A DNA stretch of 63,366 nucleotides, filler included, from Octopus bimaculoides (Eukaryota), in assembly GCF_001194135.2 (NCBI RefSeq). It is 6 parts of 4 records of this genome, joined end to end, with 100 filler letters (N's around TTAATTAATTAA, not from the genome) between each part and the next. Parts side by side here need not be neighbours in the genome. Positions count along the whole stretch, not along the records: positions 12,288 to 28,714 come from NC_068993.1; 5 more parts are not named here. The stretch is one strand, 5' to 3'. The position numbers and the translations under genes were made by a program. The notes under the pieces were generated by a model, which did no database searches, was not told the DNA's origin, and saw only the letters and a list, made by a program, of their open reading frames with translations. The first letter of the stretch is position 1. The number at the start of each line of letters is the position of its first letter. This document shows positions 12,420-26,170 of this stretch, in pieces.

Positions 12420-13100
12420 TTTTCATATGTAAGAGTGTATATAGATATATACACAAAGAGAAGACCCATGGCAAGACTTCTTACATGCTCAAAAGAGCAG
12501 TTAAACCCAACCACGAAAAAATAATTCTAAAGGCATGCCGATAAAGCACTAGAATGAAACGAATTATTATTTTTAGTTAATCCCATACTCGAGTTTCTCT
12601 GTTAATGAGCAAACAAATTAAATTATTATCAGTTGTTCGTCCATGGGATCACTAAAACAATGCATAACTAGGTAGCAATAATATGTACCGAAAAACACAT
12701 ACGAGCTACATCATTATAACATGGATTCAAATCAAGTGCGCAGGCGTATTCACATAGCCAGCAGCAAATAATTAGTTTTTAAAAACTACGAACTATAAGC
12801 CTCAGAATTAGGAAGTTTTACTTTGTAAATCATAAGGGTAATAAATTAGAATAATTTATTACCAGTGGTTCGCATGCCTAATAAAAGTAATAAGACAACA
12901 TATTTTCACATGTAAGAGTGTATATAGCTATATACACAAAAAGAAGACCCATGGCAGGGCTTCTTACATGATAAAAAGGGCAGTTAAACCCAACCGCGAA
13001 AAAATTATTCTAAAGGCACGCTGATAAAGCACTAGAATGAAAGGAATTAAATTGCCCTTTTTAGCATGTAAAAAGTCCTGCCATGGGTCTTCTTTTTGTG

Positions 13101-13103
<3 letters not shown>
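12420..13103. mobile_element. MITE (12932-13103, ~50-bp TIRs) plus an upstream partial duplicate (12420-12575)
   Basis: TACACAAAAAGAAGACCCATGGCAGGGC...GTCCTGCCATGGGTCTTCTTTTTGTGTA. Confidence 0.8.
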
Positions 13104-13155
<52 letters not shown>

Positions 13156-13268
13156 ATATATATATATATATATGTTCATTCGCATGTATATATATGTGCA
13201 TATATATATATTCATTCGCATGTATACATGCGTATATGTAATATGTATATATACGCATGTATGTGAAT

Positions 13269-13300
<32 letters not shown>

Positions 13301-13582
13301 TGTATTATATAATAACACACACTCACTCACATATAGATATACATCTGAATGAATGTAGCAGATGCTCCTACAAGTAACATGCACATTGTACTACAAAGAA
13401 ATAAAGAGAACATATGTTAACTTGTTTTTATTGAAGAACACCTCAGAATGGAACATAAAATCGAAACTTGTCGATATTTGTTGCACTTCACCTTTTAATG
13501 TTCAAATTGTCTTTGTTATATAGACAGACATCTATACGTACACACACATACATACACACACGCACACTTACATTTACGTACT

Positions 13583-13644
<62 letters not shown>

Positions 13645-13991
13645 TATGTAAATGTATGTATATTTCTGTGTGTGTGTATGCATGCATATATATATATATA
13701 TGTATGTATGTGTATATATATATATATATAATTCTTTTATACGTTTCAGCCCAAAGGCTGTGGCCATGTTGGGTCACCGCCAGTAGAAAAATATAGAACA
13801 CTTCACGAATTTGCGTGTCATTCTAGCGCAATGGATGTTGACAAGGTTACAAAAGCAACGAAAAGTTTGGAAAAGAAAAAGATATAAATGATAAATGAAT
13901 GGAAATTGAACCAGTGGGTGTGTAAGATATAAGGGAAATATGACTTTCCCCAACACAACAAAGTATCTCTGTATATTTATATATATATAAG

Positions 13992-14079
<88 letters not shown>

Positions 14080-14197
14080 CAATTGTATGCGAATGGATGT
14101 ATATATCGTGTGTGTGTATATATATAAATATGCATATGTATGTGTGTGCGTGCGTGTGTGGTATATTACGAGCATGTGTAAACATGTATGCATGATA

Positions 14198-14236
<39 letters not shown>

Positions 14237-15465
14237 TTCATGCATGCATATAGTACAATTTTCATAATAAACTACACACACGCACACACACACGCATATA
14301 TATATTTATACATACACGTACACAGAATATATACATACATTCACATACNNNNNNNNNNNNNNNNNNNNNNNNNNNNNNNNNNNNNNNNNNNNNNNNNNNN
14401 NNNNNNNNNNNNNNNNNNNNNNNNNNNNNNNNNNNNNNNNNNNNNNNNNNNNNNNNNNNNNNNNNNNNNNNNNNNNNNNNNNNNNNNNNNNNNNNNNNNN
14501 NNNNNNNNNNNNNNNNNNNNNNNNNNNNNNNNNNNNNNNNNNNNNNNNNNNNNNNNNNNNNNNNNNNNNNNNATATATACACGCACATATATACATATCC
14601 ATATATACTTGATAAACACACACATATATGTATATATACATATGTGTGTGTGTATGTGTGTGTATGAATACATTATGTATACATGTATATGCATAAATGC
14701 TTACATCTTTTCACTTACGCAAACGTATACATATGTATTTACACGTATACAGTCTAAATACATACATAAACACACATGCAAACAGCAGGAGACCTTGAAT
14801 TATTAAGTATGATTATATTAAGTATTGTATTTGATACTGTGTATGTGTGTGTGTGTGTATGTGTATGTTTTTCCGCCTTTAAGCTTGAGTGTATATGCAC
14901 GTTTGTGTGTGTGTGTATATTTGTAGATGCATATGGATGTGTGTGTGTCTGTGTCTGTGTAAGCATGTAGGTATAAGTGTACTGCATCTAGCTTTCTTCA
15001 ACCTAGTTATTATTGCTGCTAATCGCCGCTTACTGGATCTACTATGGGTGACGTCATCTCGGTTGTTGATTTACAATAGAGTTACTACTGTTCCTAGTGA
15101 TAATGATGATGATGAAGATGGTGGTGGTGATGGTGGTGATGATGATGATGATGGTGGTGGTGGTGTTGATACGTCTTTCATGTGTTGTTGCTGTTGTTGT
15201 GTTGTGTAGCTCTGATCCCACAAATGAAGTCGACCCATGTTCCCCATATTTATGAGGGATAACGATTGCATTCAGTAACTGAACTGTTTACAGTGTCCGA
15301 GGTTAAATAAGGGTGTAGAAAGATCGGACGGCTGGAAATGGAAAGGCATGGGTGAAAAGATGGATCCATGTGGTACGCTGTTCAGAACAAAAATTAGGTG
15401 TTGGTGTTATCATCAGAAGAGACAGACAAAAGGGGAGATTTTAATGACGTTTGGTGGTACAGAAC

Positions 15466-15503
15466 TCTAAACGGAGTCCTCTCAAAAGAGGACTCCGTTT
15501 AGA
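15466..15503. other. perfect 17-bp hairpin
   Basis: TCTAAACGGAGTCCTCT-CAAA-AGAGGACTCCGTTTAGA. Confidence 0.9.
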
Positions 15504-16689
15504 AACAATGGGGTCGATGATGCTGTGATCAATTCTTTACAACGCAGTTCGTGGGATGGTTGTGATCTGTAAACGGTTTTGAGTAGGAACCGGAAAAAGA
15601 AGAATGAACACGCAATGCGCATGTGCACACTGAATTCGTAAAACGGGAGAGAATAATAATAAAACAAACAAACGAGCAAACAAAAAACGCAATGCATATG
15701 TCAAAATAAAACGGAAGAGAAGAATAAAAATGCAACGTCAAACAAGTTATATGATGGTCTGCATGTCACCTTTGATACCGCTATCACGCAGCTTTGCTGC
15801 AATTTTCTTGTTGAGGTTATGCTTTGATTTTTTTAGTTTTTATCGATCGAGAAGCAGAAACAGAGTTATTCAGATGGCATTCTAGTCGTGTTCTAAGACG
15901 TTAACCTTTGTACAGAGGAAGCGGTAAACTCAGGATATCAGCCCTCAAACATAGGTGAATCATCGCAGAATAAAAATAGTTGAAATTGTAATTGATACCT
16001 GTGGTAACCTTCCCTATTTATAACATTGGATATCAGAACTGCGTTTTGAGATCTCTTCAGCACTGAACAACACTGGACATCAGAGCTCTGGCAGAAAAAT
16101 AGTTATTCTTTCGTTATTTGAAACTTTTACGTAAACTTCTATCTGGCATCGCTAAGAATGGAGGGTTGCCGGATAACTGAATTTTTGCGATATCTGATCA
16201 TTACTTTCTAAATTATAACAGCACCTTACAAAACTCATTAAAATTCTTTCTATATATATTAGTATTATCGTTAATATTCTGAATATAGAAAAAAATGAAA
16301 GAAATAGGAAGAAATAAAAATATAATTTAAGTAAAGAAGTTCTATTTACCCAGTCCTATAAATGCTGATAGAATAAATGTGGTAAAATAAAGTACTGTAC
16401 TTTGAGAAGCAATAATCCATTTTAGATACAATAAAAAATTTTTTTTCATGACAATTATTTAACACAAATTTACTACAATTTTCTTGACTCTCATTAACCG
16501 CCCATATTCTTTTGTTTTTCCTCCTGAATACCGGTTGCTTGAGAGTTCGGTTATTTAAGAACCAGATTAGAGGGAGTTTATGTCTGTTGTTTAAAAATAA
16601 GATTCCGATTTATGATAATTGATATATGACAATGGTTTTACTTTTACTGTTTCTTCTTGTTTATTTTAGGTTGTCAAATTAAAGATGTG

Positions 16690-17480
16690 AAAATGTAAAT
16701 TCGAGCGATTTTATTGTGGAAGTTCAAAATGGAGTGAAAAGTAAGTTAACCTATTTGTGACATCAACCAAGCATTTGGCCAGGGAATTGTCAGAGTATGT
16801 AAAACTCAGTATTAGTTCTAAAATATTTGTAGTGGAGATGTGAAACATTAAGATGAGAAAGGTCAAAGATGATCTTCCGCGATTAATAATGACCAGTTGA
16901 AGGCCATTGTCGAGGTGAATCTAATTAAAACAACTGAAAAGGTTGTAAAGAATTAAATGCTAACTGTTTCACAGTAGCTTGAGATTTTTACCATACTGGA
17001 CAATCATAAAAGCTAGACAAATTGTTGCCGTACAAACTGAACGGGGAAAAAGATCGCCGTTACGAAGTCTGCTTAGGTCTTCCTTTGAGTAATAAATCTA
17101 TCCATTTCTTGATCACATAGTGACATGTGATGGAAAATGGATTCTACATCGCATTTGACGGTGGCTGGAACTAGGTAAAACACTAAAACATTTTCCGGTG
17201 CTGAAGCTGCATCAAAGGAAGGTTATAATCATTATTTTACAAGTGGAATTATCCGTCGCTATTTTTTGGATACCGGAGAAACCACAACAACAGGAATATA
17301 TTGTCAGGAAATCGATAAAATGCACTGCTGCGTTAATGTCCAATGCTGGTCATTCAAAGAGGAAAAATTTTTCTGCATGATAATGCTCGACCACAAATAA
17401 ATTCACGAATTGAACAAACTGGACCACAAAACTCTACTACGCCCTCTTTCTCTTCCACAAACCACTCTCTAGCCATCTCG
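16690..17480 (+). mobile_element. decayed mariner transposase (Hsmar1/cecropia-like)
   Basis: Disrupted frames give IRAILLWKFK, NDQLKAIVE, HIVTCDGKWILH, KLHQRKV and IFLHDNARP. Confidence 0.85.
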
Positions 17481-17521
17481 ATGGGGTTTTTAGAAACATT
17501 GTTTTTAGAAATGTATTCTTT

Positions 17522-17733
17522 TATTCTTTTATTTGTTTCAGTCATTTTGACTGCGGCCATGCTGGAGCACCGCCTTTAGTCGAACAAATCAACCCCAGGA
17601 CTTATTCTTTGTAAGTCTAGAACTTATTCTATTGGTCTCTTTGGCCGAACCGCTACGGGGACGTAAACACACTACCATCGGTTGTCAAGCGATAGTGGGG
17701 GGACAAATATAGACACACAGACATACACGCGCG

Positions 17734-17791
<58 letters not shown>

Positions 17792-17929
17792 ACAGATTTC
17801 TTTCAGTTTCCGTCTACCAAAGGCTTTGGTCGGCCCGAGGCTATAGCAGAAGACACTTGCCCAAGATACTGAGCCCGGAACCATGTGGTTGGTAAGCAAG
17901 CTACTTACCACACAGCCACTCCTGCGCCT
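17522..17929 (-). mobile_element. near-full-length SINE type A with internal (CA)n/(GC)n
   Basis: Head GGCGCAGGAGTGGCTGTGTGGTAAGTAGC, internal microsatellite, tail GCTCCAGCATGGCCGCAGTC. Confidence 0.9.
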
Positions 17930-18289
17930 ATACATTTATTTTTACACAGAAGCCATTTTTATTGTTATTTGTCGTTCAAAATACATTCAGACACCGCAGG
18001 AAGAGGTCCTCCCCACTATGATGGCTGCAGTACTCAGACAAATACGTCTTCGAAATATTTTAAGACATGAAAACTGACTAAAAAGTAGTTTATAAGAAAT
18101 TAAACACAGCTTCATGTATAAACGGCTCAAGGGAAAATTTATTAATATTGAAAAAAAAATTTAATGGAAAACGAAACTATTAACAATATGAACAACAACA
18201 GCATGTCATCTTTTGTTAACTCTGAGAGTCATAAAGAGTTCCTTGAAATGATCGGACGATGAATGTATCGAGCGAATATGTTGAGAAAG

Positions 18290-19430
18290 GCTGTGTCATC
18301 TTGACAAGGAATTTATTCAAGAAAATCCGAGGAGTAAAGAACATAACTGTTTGTTGCCAAAATAGGGAGTTTCCATGTTCTCGATGTACAGTTGGAGGAA
18401 ACTACGACTGACGTGTGAAACGAGATGTGCTCCTTCGACAAAGATAGAGGATATTGAAGCGTGTGTTTGTTGCGTAAGACCAAGGATGAAACTATAGAAA
18501 ACAGGGAACGCTGATCCATTACATACCTGCCTACGGTTAGGTGTCGTAGTATATAGTGATGGAGAGGAAGATAACAATAACAGTCAGTTACATTGGCAAT
18601 GATGTTGTCTTAGTTTATTGTCATATATGTATGACCCTTTCAGGTCAAATGATGAGCGCAGAGGGGGGACCTGTAACAATATGTTTTCGGGTGGGCCTGC
18701 ACAGACCTTCAGCTTTTGATATACCCAAAGATTACAGGGCTACCTTGTATTCAAATGAAGCAGTAACAAGGAGCTGAATCAGAAATGTAGTGCAGGGCCG
18801 AAAATCCAGCAGTTAAACAAATGATAGTAAAAAACATTCGAAGACCTTCTGTCCAGAAAAAGAAAAGCGAAGAATTGGGTGGCTGACAGCGGCTGAGATG
18901 ACGACAACAGTCAGATAGGCATGGTCTTCAGCAGCCACGGACTTCTGAGGTGAAGATATGGATGCTGATACTGCTGCTGTTGTTCCTATAGTAGCAGTGG
19001 CCGCAGCTTTGTGGATAGATAGAACAGGAAAGTAAACGAAGACGCCTCATCCTTAGCGCCAGCGGTACCAGGGGCATGGGGTGGAGAACCAAGAAAAACC
19101 GAGGGAATCCCCTCCTTCAACACAAAGCCCTTAATCCGGTCATAGATTAAGGGCTTTAAGTCCTGCCCAACCTTGTTGCAGCAAGGTAAAAGAGATAAAG
19201 AGTAAAGGTGGAAAACCGTGGAGAATATAAAAATGGGAGAAAGGAGCAAAAAATAAGAATGAACCAAAAGTGAGTAATAGGCAAAAACTCCCTCACTACG
19301 AGGCGCCTACCCCCTGGAAGTCCTTTACAAAGAGGTGCCTATCTCTATGAAAGTTCCTCATCATCAGGGGATGTAGTGTATCGGCAGCTTAGGAATTACT
19401 CTCCGGAAAATGTAGGACTGACCATGTTTC
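18290..19430 (-). mobile_element. probable 5' UTR/ORF1 remnant of an APE-type LINE
   Basis: GC-richer island with degenerate gag-knuckle-like GAHLVSHVSRSFLQLYIEN; multiple stops. Confidence 0.35.
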
Positions 19431-19492
19431 AGTTAAGGCTTCATGCTTTGTAGCCTTTCAGTACAACACATTTTTGTATGGGTTCTTGAGAT

Positions 19493-19626
<134 letters not shown>

Positions 19627-19881
19627 TTGCTTTTCAAGTTAATCCTCTTATCCATTTTCAATGTCAACTGTTATAGGGTTTAGCTGATGATATCAGGTCG
19701 TTTTTGTAATCCGTGAATGGAGCAAACCACTATGGGAGTAGGTGAGACAGGCTAGAGGTAATATATAATAGACTTGAATGCGATGGGGCGGAAGAGATGG
19801 TGAGAAAGATAGTTAGATAGAAAGATAGAATATATATAATATATATAATATATATATGTATATGTATGTATATATATATAC

Positions 19882-19964
<83 letters not shown>

Positions 19965-20368
19965 CACACACACCACCACCACCATCATCATCACCAAGTA
20001 CAGAAGTGACTTTGCAATTCTTACTCGATATTGCTATTTCATGTGGTCAGTTGTAACAATGTGGTTAGGAAGAAGACCAAACACCAGCATCAATATCAGA
20101 TCTTTCTGAGAAGAAAAGCAGAATTTAATGTGATGTAGGTGGTAGAAGCACTATGTAACGGACGAGCATTTTAGTGGTATGGAGTGTTGTAGACGGCAGG
20201 AAAACACTGTGGCAGACCAGTATTTTAGTGGTATGCAGTGCTGTGCCTGAAAGGTTTCAATCTTATAGTAAAGTAGATGGTGTTTTAATATTGATCCAGA
20301 ACCAACAAGAATACCTCTAGATGGCTCCTTGTGCTGTCAGAAATAGCAACAAAATGTCCTTTAAATTA

Positions 20369-20567
20369 GTTTCAAAATCTGGCACAAGGCCAGTGAGTTC
20401 GGGGGAGAGGTTAAGTCGATTACATCGACTCCTATGCTCAACATGTACTTATTTTATCGATCCTGAAAGGATGAGAGACTGAGTCAACCTTTGAACTCAA
20501 AACGTAAAGACGGACAAAATGCCGCTAAGCAGTTTGTCCGGTAACAATTCTGCCAGCTCGCCGCCTT
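20369..20567 (-). mobile_element. Meta/MESC-domain SINE (type B)
   Basis: Minus strand has head AAGGCGGCGAGCTGGCAGAAT, TTACGTTTTGAGTTCAAAGGTTGAC and core TCATCCTTTCAGGATCGATAAAATAAGTAC. Confidence 0.8.
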
Positions 20568-20699
20568 AAAATGTTCTTTAGATTAAGCTATACACTATCA
20601 CTGAAAAGAAGGGAAGGGAATATCCGATAATCTGGTTCTAGATATGAGGCTGAAATATCTTTGATCGTACAAATTTCTCGGTTAGAGTTGCTATGCAGC

Positions 20700-20789
<90 letters not shown>

Positions 20790-21522
20790 NNNNNNNNNNN
20801 NNNNNNNNNNNNNNNNNNNNNNNNNNNNNNNNNNNNNNNNNNNNNNNNNNNNNNNNNNNNNNNNNNNNNNNNNNNNNNNNNNNNNNNNNNNNNNNNNNNN
20901 NNNNNNNNNNNNNNNNNNNNNNNNNNNNNNNNNNNNNNNNNNNNNNNNNNNNNNNNNNNNNNNNNNNNNNNNNNNNNNNNNNNNNNNNNNNNNNNNNNNN
21001 NNNNNNNNNNNNNNNNNNNNNNNNNNNNNNNNNNNNNNNNNNNNNNNNNNNNNNNNNNNNNNNNNNNNNNNNNNNNNNNNNNNNNNNNNNNNNNNNNNNN
21101 NNNNNNNNNNNNNNNNNNNNNNNNNNNNNNNNNNNNNNNNNNNNNNNNNNNNNNNNNNNNNNNNNNNNNNNNNNNNNNNNNNNNNNNNNNNNNNNNNNNN
21201 NNNNNNNNNNNNNNNNNNNNNNNNNNNNNNNNNNNNNNNNNNNNNNNNNNNNNNNNNNNNNNNNNNNNNNNNNNNNNNNNNNNNNNNNNNNNNNNNNNNN
21301 NNNNNNNNNNNNNNNNNNNNNNNNNNNNNNNNNNNNNNNNNNNNNNNNNNNNNNNNNNNNNNNNNNNNNNNNNNNNNNNNNNNNNNNNNNNNNNNNNNNN
21401 NNNNNNNNNNNNNNNNNNNNNNNNNNNNNNNNNNNNNNNNNNNNNNNNNNNNNNNNNNNNNNNNNNNNNNNNNNNNNNNNNNNNNNNNNNNNNNNNNNNN
21501 NNNNNNNNNNNNNNNNNNNNNN

Positions 21523-21594
<72 letters not shown>

Positions 21595-21624
21595 GAATAT
21601 ATCAATATATTTATCTGTGTGTCT

Positions 21625-21790
21625 TTGTCTCACCACCGCTTAGCAACCAGTGTTGTTGTGTTTACGTGCCCGTAACGTAGCAGTGCAGAAAAAAAAGGAT
21701 GATAGAATAAGCACTATGCTTTAAAAATTAGGTTCTGGGATCGATTCGTTCGATTGGTGCCCCAGCATGGATGCACTGAAACAAGTAAAA
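21625..21790 (+). mobile_element. SINE type A tail after (CA)n
   Basis: CCGCTTAGCAACCAGTG...CCCCAGCATGGATGCACTGAAACAAG. Confidence 0.7.
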
Positions 21791-22264
21791 TATAAAAGAT
21801 GAAAGATAAGCTGGAAGAACATATTTGATAGTGTAGTCGACAGAAGAGAAAAAAGGCGTCACAATCACGTTGGAATATATCTGGAGGAGCGAAATACTAA
21901 AGAACTTCAAAGTATCCGTTGGCATTTTCTCATCCACCATTTTCTTTGATATAAAAATTGTGGTAAGAATCACAACAAGCAAGTAAAACAGCAAGTGTTG
22001 TACCCGGAAACGGATATGTAACATAAATGAGGCAGAAAGAAAGAAGGAAAAGGAAGAAGAAAAAGAGGAAGACAAAAAGAAAGAACAGATCATAGAATAA
22101 CATTATGAAAAAAATTCAAACGTAAAAAGAAAAAAAATACCACCATAGCTACCATCACCACCATCGCTACCACCACTACCGCCGTCGCCGCTCACCACTC
22201 TGCCACCATTATCTGGAGCATATCCGTTTTAATATTGGTTTCTAAGCTGAAGTGCACCAGTTAC

Positions 22265-22354
22265 TGCCAGAGGTCGCTATAATCTGCAGTTGTCTCCCTT
22301 TGTGACCGATGGCCGATGTAATAAGACATTGTTTTTTCCTGTGGCAACATATTT
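22265..22354 (-). CDS. candidate 90-nt exon (NMLPQEKTMSYYIGHRSQRETTADYSDLW)
   Basis: Acceptor TTGACCTCTTTCCACAG, donor GTAACT; phase-compatible with the exon ending at 23603. Confidence 0.3.
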
Positions 22355-22846
22355 CTGTGGAAAGAGGTCAAGCAATAATATCGACACTAGTACACCACTG
22401 GTACATCTTTAATCGACCTTAGAAAGATGAAAGGCAAAGTTGAATTTGGGAGGAGTTAAACAGAATAATATTGACTGTCACGTTCAATATTATCTGCCGC
22501 TCTTTATCCATTGTGATATCGGTTTTTTTATGTAGATCTCAATTCTTTGTTTTGCGAACAGATAAAAAGCCTCCAACATATGCACCACACTATTCATAAA
22601 CAAGTTGAATATAGAAGGTCGCAAGCAAATACCACTAGGTATTTCGTCAAACGTTTCCTCCAATCCACCACCATATTGAATGATAATGTTACAACGAAAC
22701 AGAAAAAAAGAAAACTAATAAAAAAATGAATAAAATAGAATTAAGAAAATAAACATCACCAGAACGCTCCCCCACACCACACTAATTAATCCATTAACAC
22801 AGTATCACAGCATTTCGACATAACTCTTAAAAGAGCAAATTCATGG

Positions 22847-22906
<60 letters not shown>

Positions 22907-23259
22907 TACTAAATAATAAGAATGGTGGTGGTGGTAGTAATGGAGATTGAAGTTGTGTTTGTGGTAATAGTTGTGCGTGTGGTGGTACGAAATTGGGAAG
23001 GTATAAAACCAAACGGTTTTCATGTCCCAATGCACGCTCCCCACATACATACATACATACATACATACATGCATGTATGCATGCATGCATACATGCATAC
23101 AACATACGCGCGCCTACGCATGTTAAGTGACAGGCATGGTTTTATGGTATTGTGGTTCAGAAATTCGCACCGCTACCAGATGATTTTGGGATCGATCCCT
23201 CTGAGCAGCACATTGGGAAAACATTTTCTTCTTCTTCTTCTTCTGCTGCTGCTGCTGCA

Positions 23260-23292
<33 letters not shown>

Positions 23293-23296
23293 TCTT

Positions 23297-23341
<45 letters not shown>

Positions 23342-23359
23342 TATATATATATATATATA

Positions 23360-23503
23360 TTAGACAAAAAGAGATAACAAAGCCAAGGCTGTGAGGAGTT
23401 TTCAGGACATTTATAAGGAAAGAGGAATTGATGTAGACTTCTTTCCTTATAAATATCCTGATAACTCCTCACAGCCTTGACTTTGTTATCTCTTTTTGTC
23501 TAA
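23360..23503. mobile_element. foldback MITE-like hairpin within (TA)n
   Basis: ~63-bp arms with 3 mismatches and a 16-nt loop. Confidence 0.85.
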
Positions 23504-23602
23504 TATATATATATATATATGCATGCTAATACAAGACCCACACTCCTCACTCGTATCACTATCGAACCAAGAGTTAAACTATGGTCTGTCCATAGCACTT
23601 AC

Positions 23603-23643
23603 TCAGCGTTACCAGTCACTTTTTGGGTCTTCTGGACACCAAT
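23603..23643 (-). CDS. candidate exon 3' part (IGVQKTQKVTGNAE), 5' part in gap
   Basis: Strong donor GA|GTAAGT and an open frame up to the N gap. Confidence 0.25.
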
Positions 23644-24322
23644 NNNNNNNNNNNNNNNNNNNNNNNNNNNNNNNNNNNNNNNNNNNNNNNNNNNNNNNNN
23701 NNNNNNNNNNNNNNNNNNNNNNNNNNNNNNNNNNNNNNNNNNNNNNNNNNNNNNNNNNNNNNNNNNNNNNNNNNNNNNNNNNNNNNNNNNNNNNNNNNNN
23801 NNNNNNNNNNNNNNNNNNNNNNNNNNNNNNNNNNNNNNNNNNNNNNNNNNNNNNNNNNNNNNNNNNNNNNNNNNNNNNNNNNNNNNNNNNNNNNNNNNNN
23901 NNNNNNNNNNNNNNNNNNNNNNNNNNNNNNNNNNNNNNNNNNNNNNNNNNNNNNNNNNNNNNNNNNNNNNNNNNNNNNNNNNNNNNNNNNNNNNNNNNNN
24001 NNNNNNNNNNNNNNNNNNNNNNNNNNNNNNNNNNNNNNNNNNNNNNNNNNNNNNNNNNNNNNNNNNNNNNNNNNNNNNNNNNNNNNNNNNNNNNNNNNNN
24101 NNNNNNNNNNNNNNNNNNNNNNNNNNNNNNNNNNNNNNNNNNNNNNNNNNNNNNNNNNNNNNNNNNNNNNNNNNNNNNNNNNNNNNNNNNNNNNNNNNNN
24201 NNNNNNNNNNNNNNNNNNNNNNNNNNNNNNNNNNNNNNNNNNNNNNNNNNNNNNNNNNNNNNNNNNNNNNNNNNNNNNNNNNNNNNNNNNNNNNNCACAC
24301 ACACACACACATACACACACAC

Positions 24323-24368
<46 letters not shown>

Positions 24369-24644
24369 ACACATGCCTGCGCGCATGCACACACAGATGC
24401 ACACACACAGATGCACATACACAGATGCCCGCTTGCACATTGGCGCACACATGCGCATGTGCACACATAAGTATACACGCATAAATGCATGCACTCATAG
24501 AGATATAGAAATATATACGCAAACATTTTCATCTAAATACGCATCTACATTTGTATACTGCGCAATTGCTTAATATACATACACTCGTACATATTCACAT
24601 AATTATATTCATTTATTATAAATGTATTTGTGTGAATGCATCAC

Positions 24645-24696
<52 letters not shown>

Positions 24697-24817
24697 TCGA
24701 CCCATCTATCCAGATAAAGACATGCGCGCGTGTGTGCGTGCGTGTGTGTATATATGGATATAGACATGTACAAATATGTATATAAAAATGTATGAATGTG
24801 TGTGTATATACATTCAT

Positions 24818-24910
<93 letters not shown>

Positions 24911-25219
24911 NNNNNNNNNNNNNNNNNNNNNNNNNNNNNNNNNNNNNNNNNNNNNNNNNNNNNNNNNNNNNNNNNNNNNNNNNNNNNNNNNNNNNNNNNN
25001 NNNNNNNNNNNNNNNNNNNNNNNNNNNNNNNNNNNNNNNNNNNNNNNNNNNNNNNNNNNNNNNNNNNNNNNNNNNNNNNNNNNNNNNNNNNNNNNNNNNN
25101 NNNNNNNNNNNNNNNNNNNNNNNNNNNNNNNNNNNNNNNNNNNNNNNNNNNNNNNNNNNNNNNNNNNNNNNNNNNNNNNNNNNNNNNNNNNNNNNNNNNN
25201 NNNNNNNNNNNNATATACA

Positions 25220-25260
<41 letters not shown>

Positions 25261-25846
25261 GTATGTATATACATATGTGTGTATGTATGGATGTACGCGT
25301 GCGCACACATATGCATTTGTTTGTGTTGTGTGTGTGTGTGTGTGCGTGCATGCGTGTGTATATGTGTGTGTGCGTGCGTGCATGCGTGTGTATATGTGTG
25401 TGTGCGTGCGTGCGTGTGTGTGTGTATATATGTATGTGTGTGTGTGTGTGTAATTTGATTTAGAATGCCTCGTATTCAATATTCAGAAACCTGAAGTCTT
25501 ATTGATGATAAATTATGTATGCTTTTATGTATGTATATATAAATGTATGTGTGTGTGTGTAAGTATGTGTGTTTGTATGTGCCTGTGTGTGTTTGTATGT
25601 GCATAGGTATGTGTGTATGAATATGTGCATCTGTAAACTTCAATGGAGGTTAATCAACTCTGAAATGCTAAGCGTTGAAGAAATCTCTCTGTTCTCATTT
25701 ACTGAAGCAGACGACTGACTAAAACAGTTGCTGAAGCAATTAAGTCACTTTCACACGGACACATTACAAAACATTTATCATAATGAGACCAGCTAAAGCG
25801 TCATTAACCAACCTCTTTTTACTTTCAGTCTTTAAACACACACACG

Positions 25847-25878
<32 letters not shown>

Positions 25879-25994
25879 CACACGCACGCACGCGCGCGCA
25901 CACAGGTCTACACTATACATCTATCCATTCAAACACATATTTAGACGCACACATAAATGCATACATATTAGGAATTAAAACAACAGCCAAATTA

Positions 25995-26170
25995 AAGAAT
26001 AAACGATCTGATATTGTTGTCTGACAGCACAAAATTAAAACACGTTCAGTTTTCGAAGTCAGCCGTCCTTTTGCTTGCAATGAAACAATAAAAGTACAGG
26101 GAAAAGAAGACATCAGTGGACCATTGGTATGGAGTCTGCAAATCCAGTCAGCCACATATATTTTCAGCCA
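25995..26170 (+). mobile_element. decayed RLE-type LINE endonuclease fragment
   Basis: NKRSDIVV*...FEVSRPF...KVQGKEDI.GPLVWSLQI resembles RPDIVV...IE...K..KY. Confidence 0.55.

Noticed and set aside
16670-16746. Apparent AG...GTAAGT exon
   Set aside because: Lies within the decayed mariner ORF and contains stop codons
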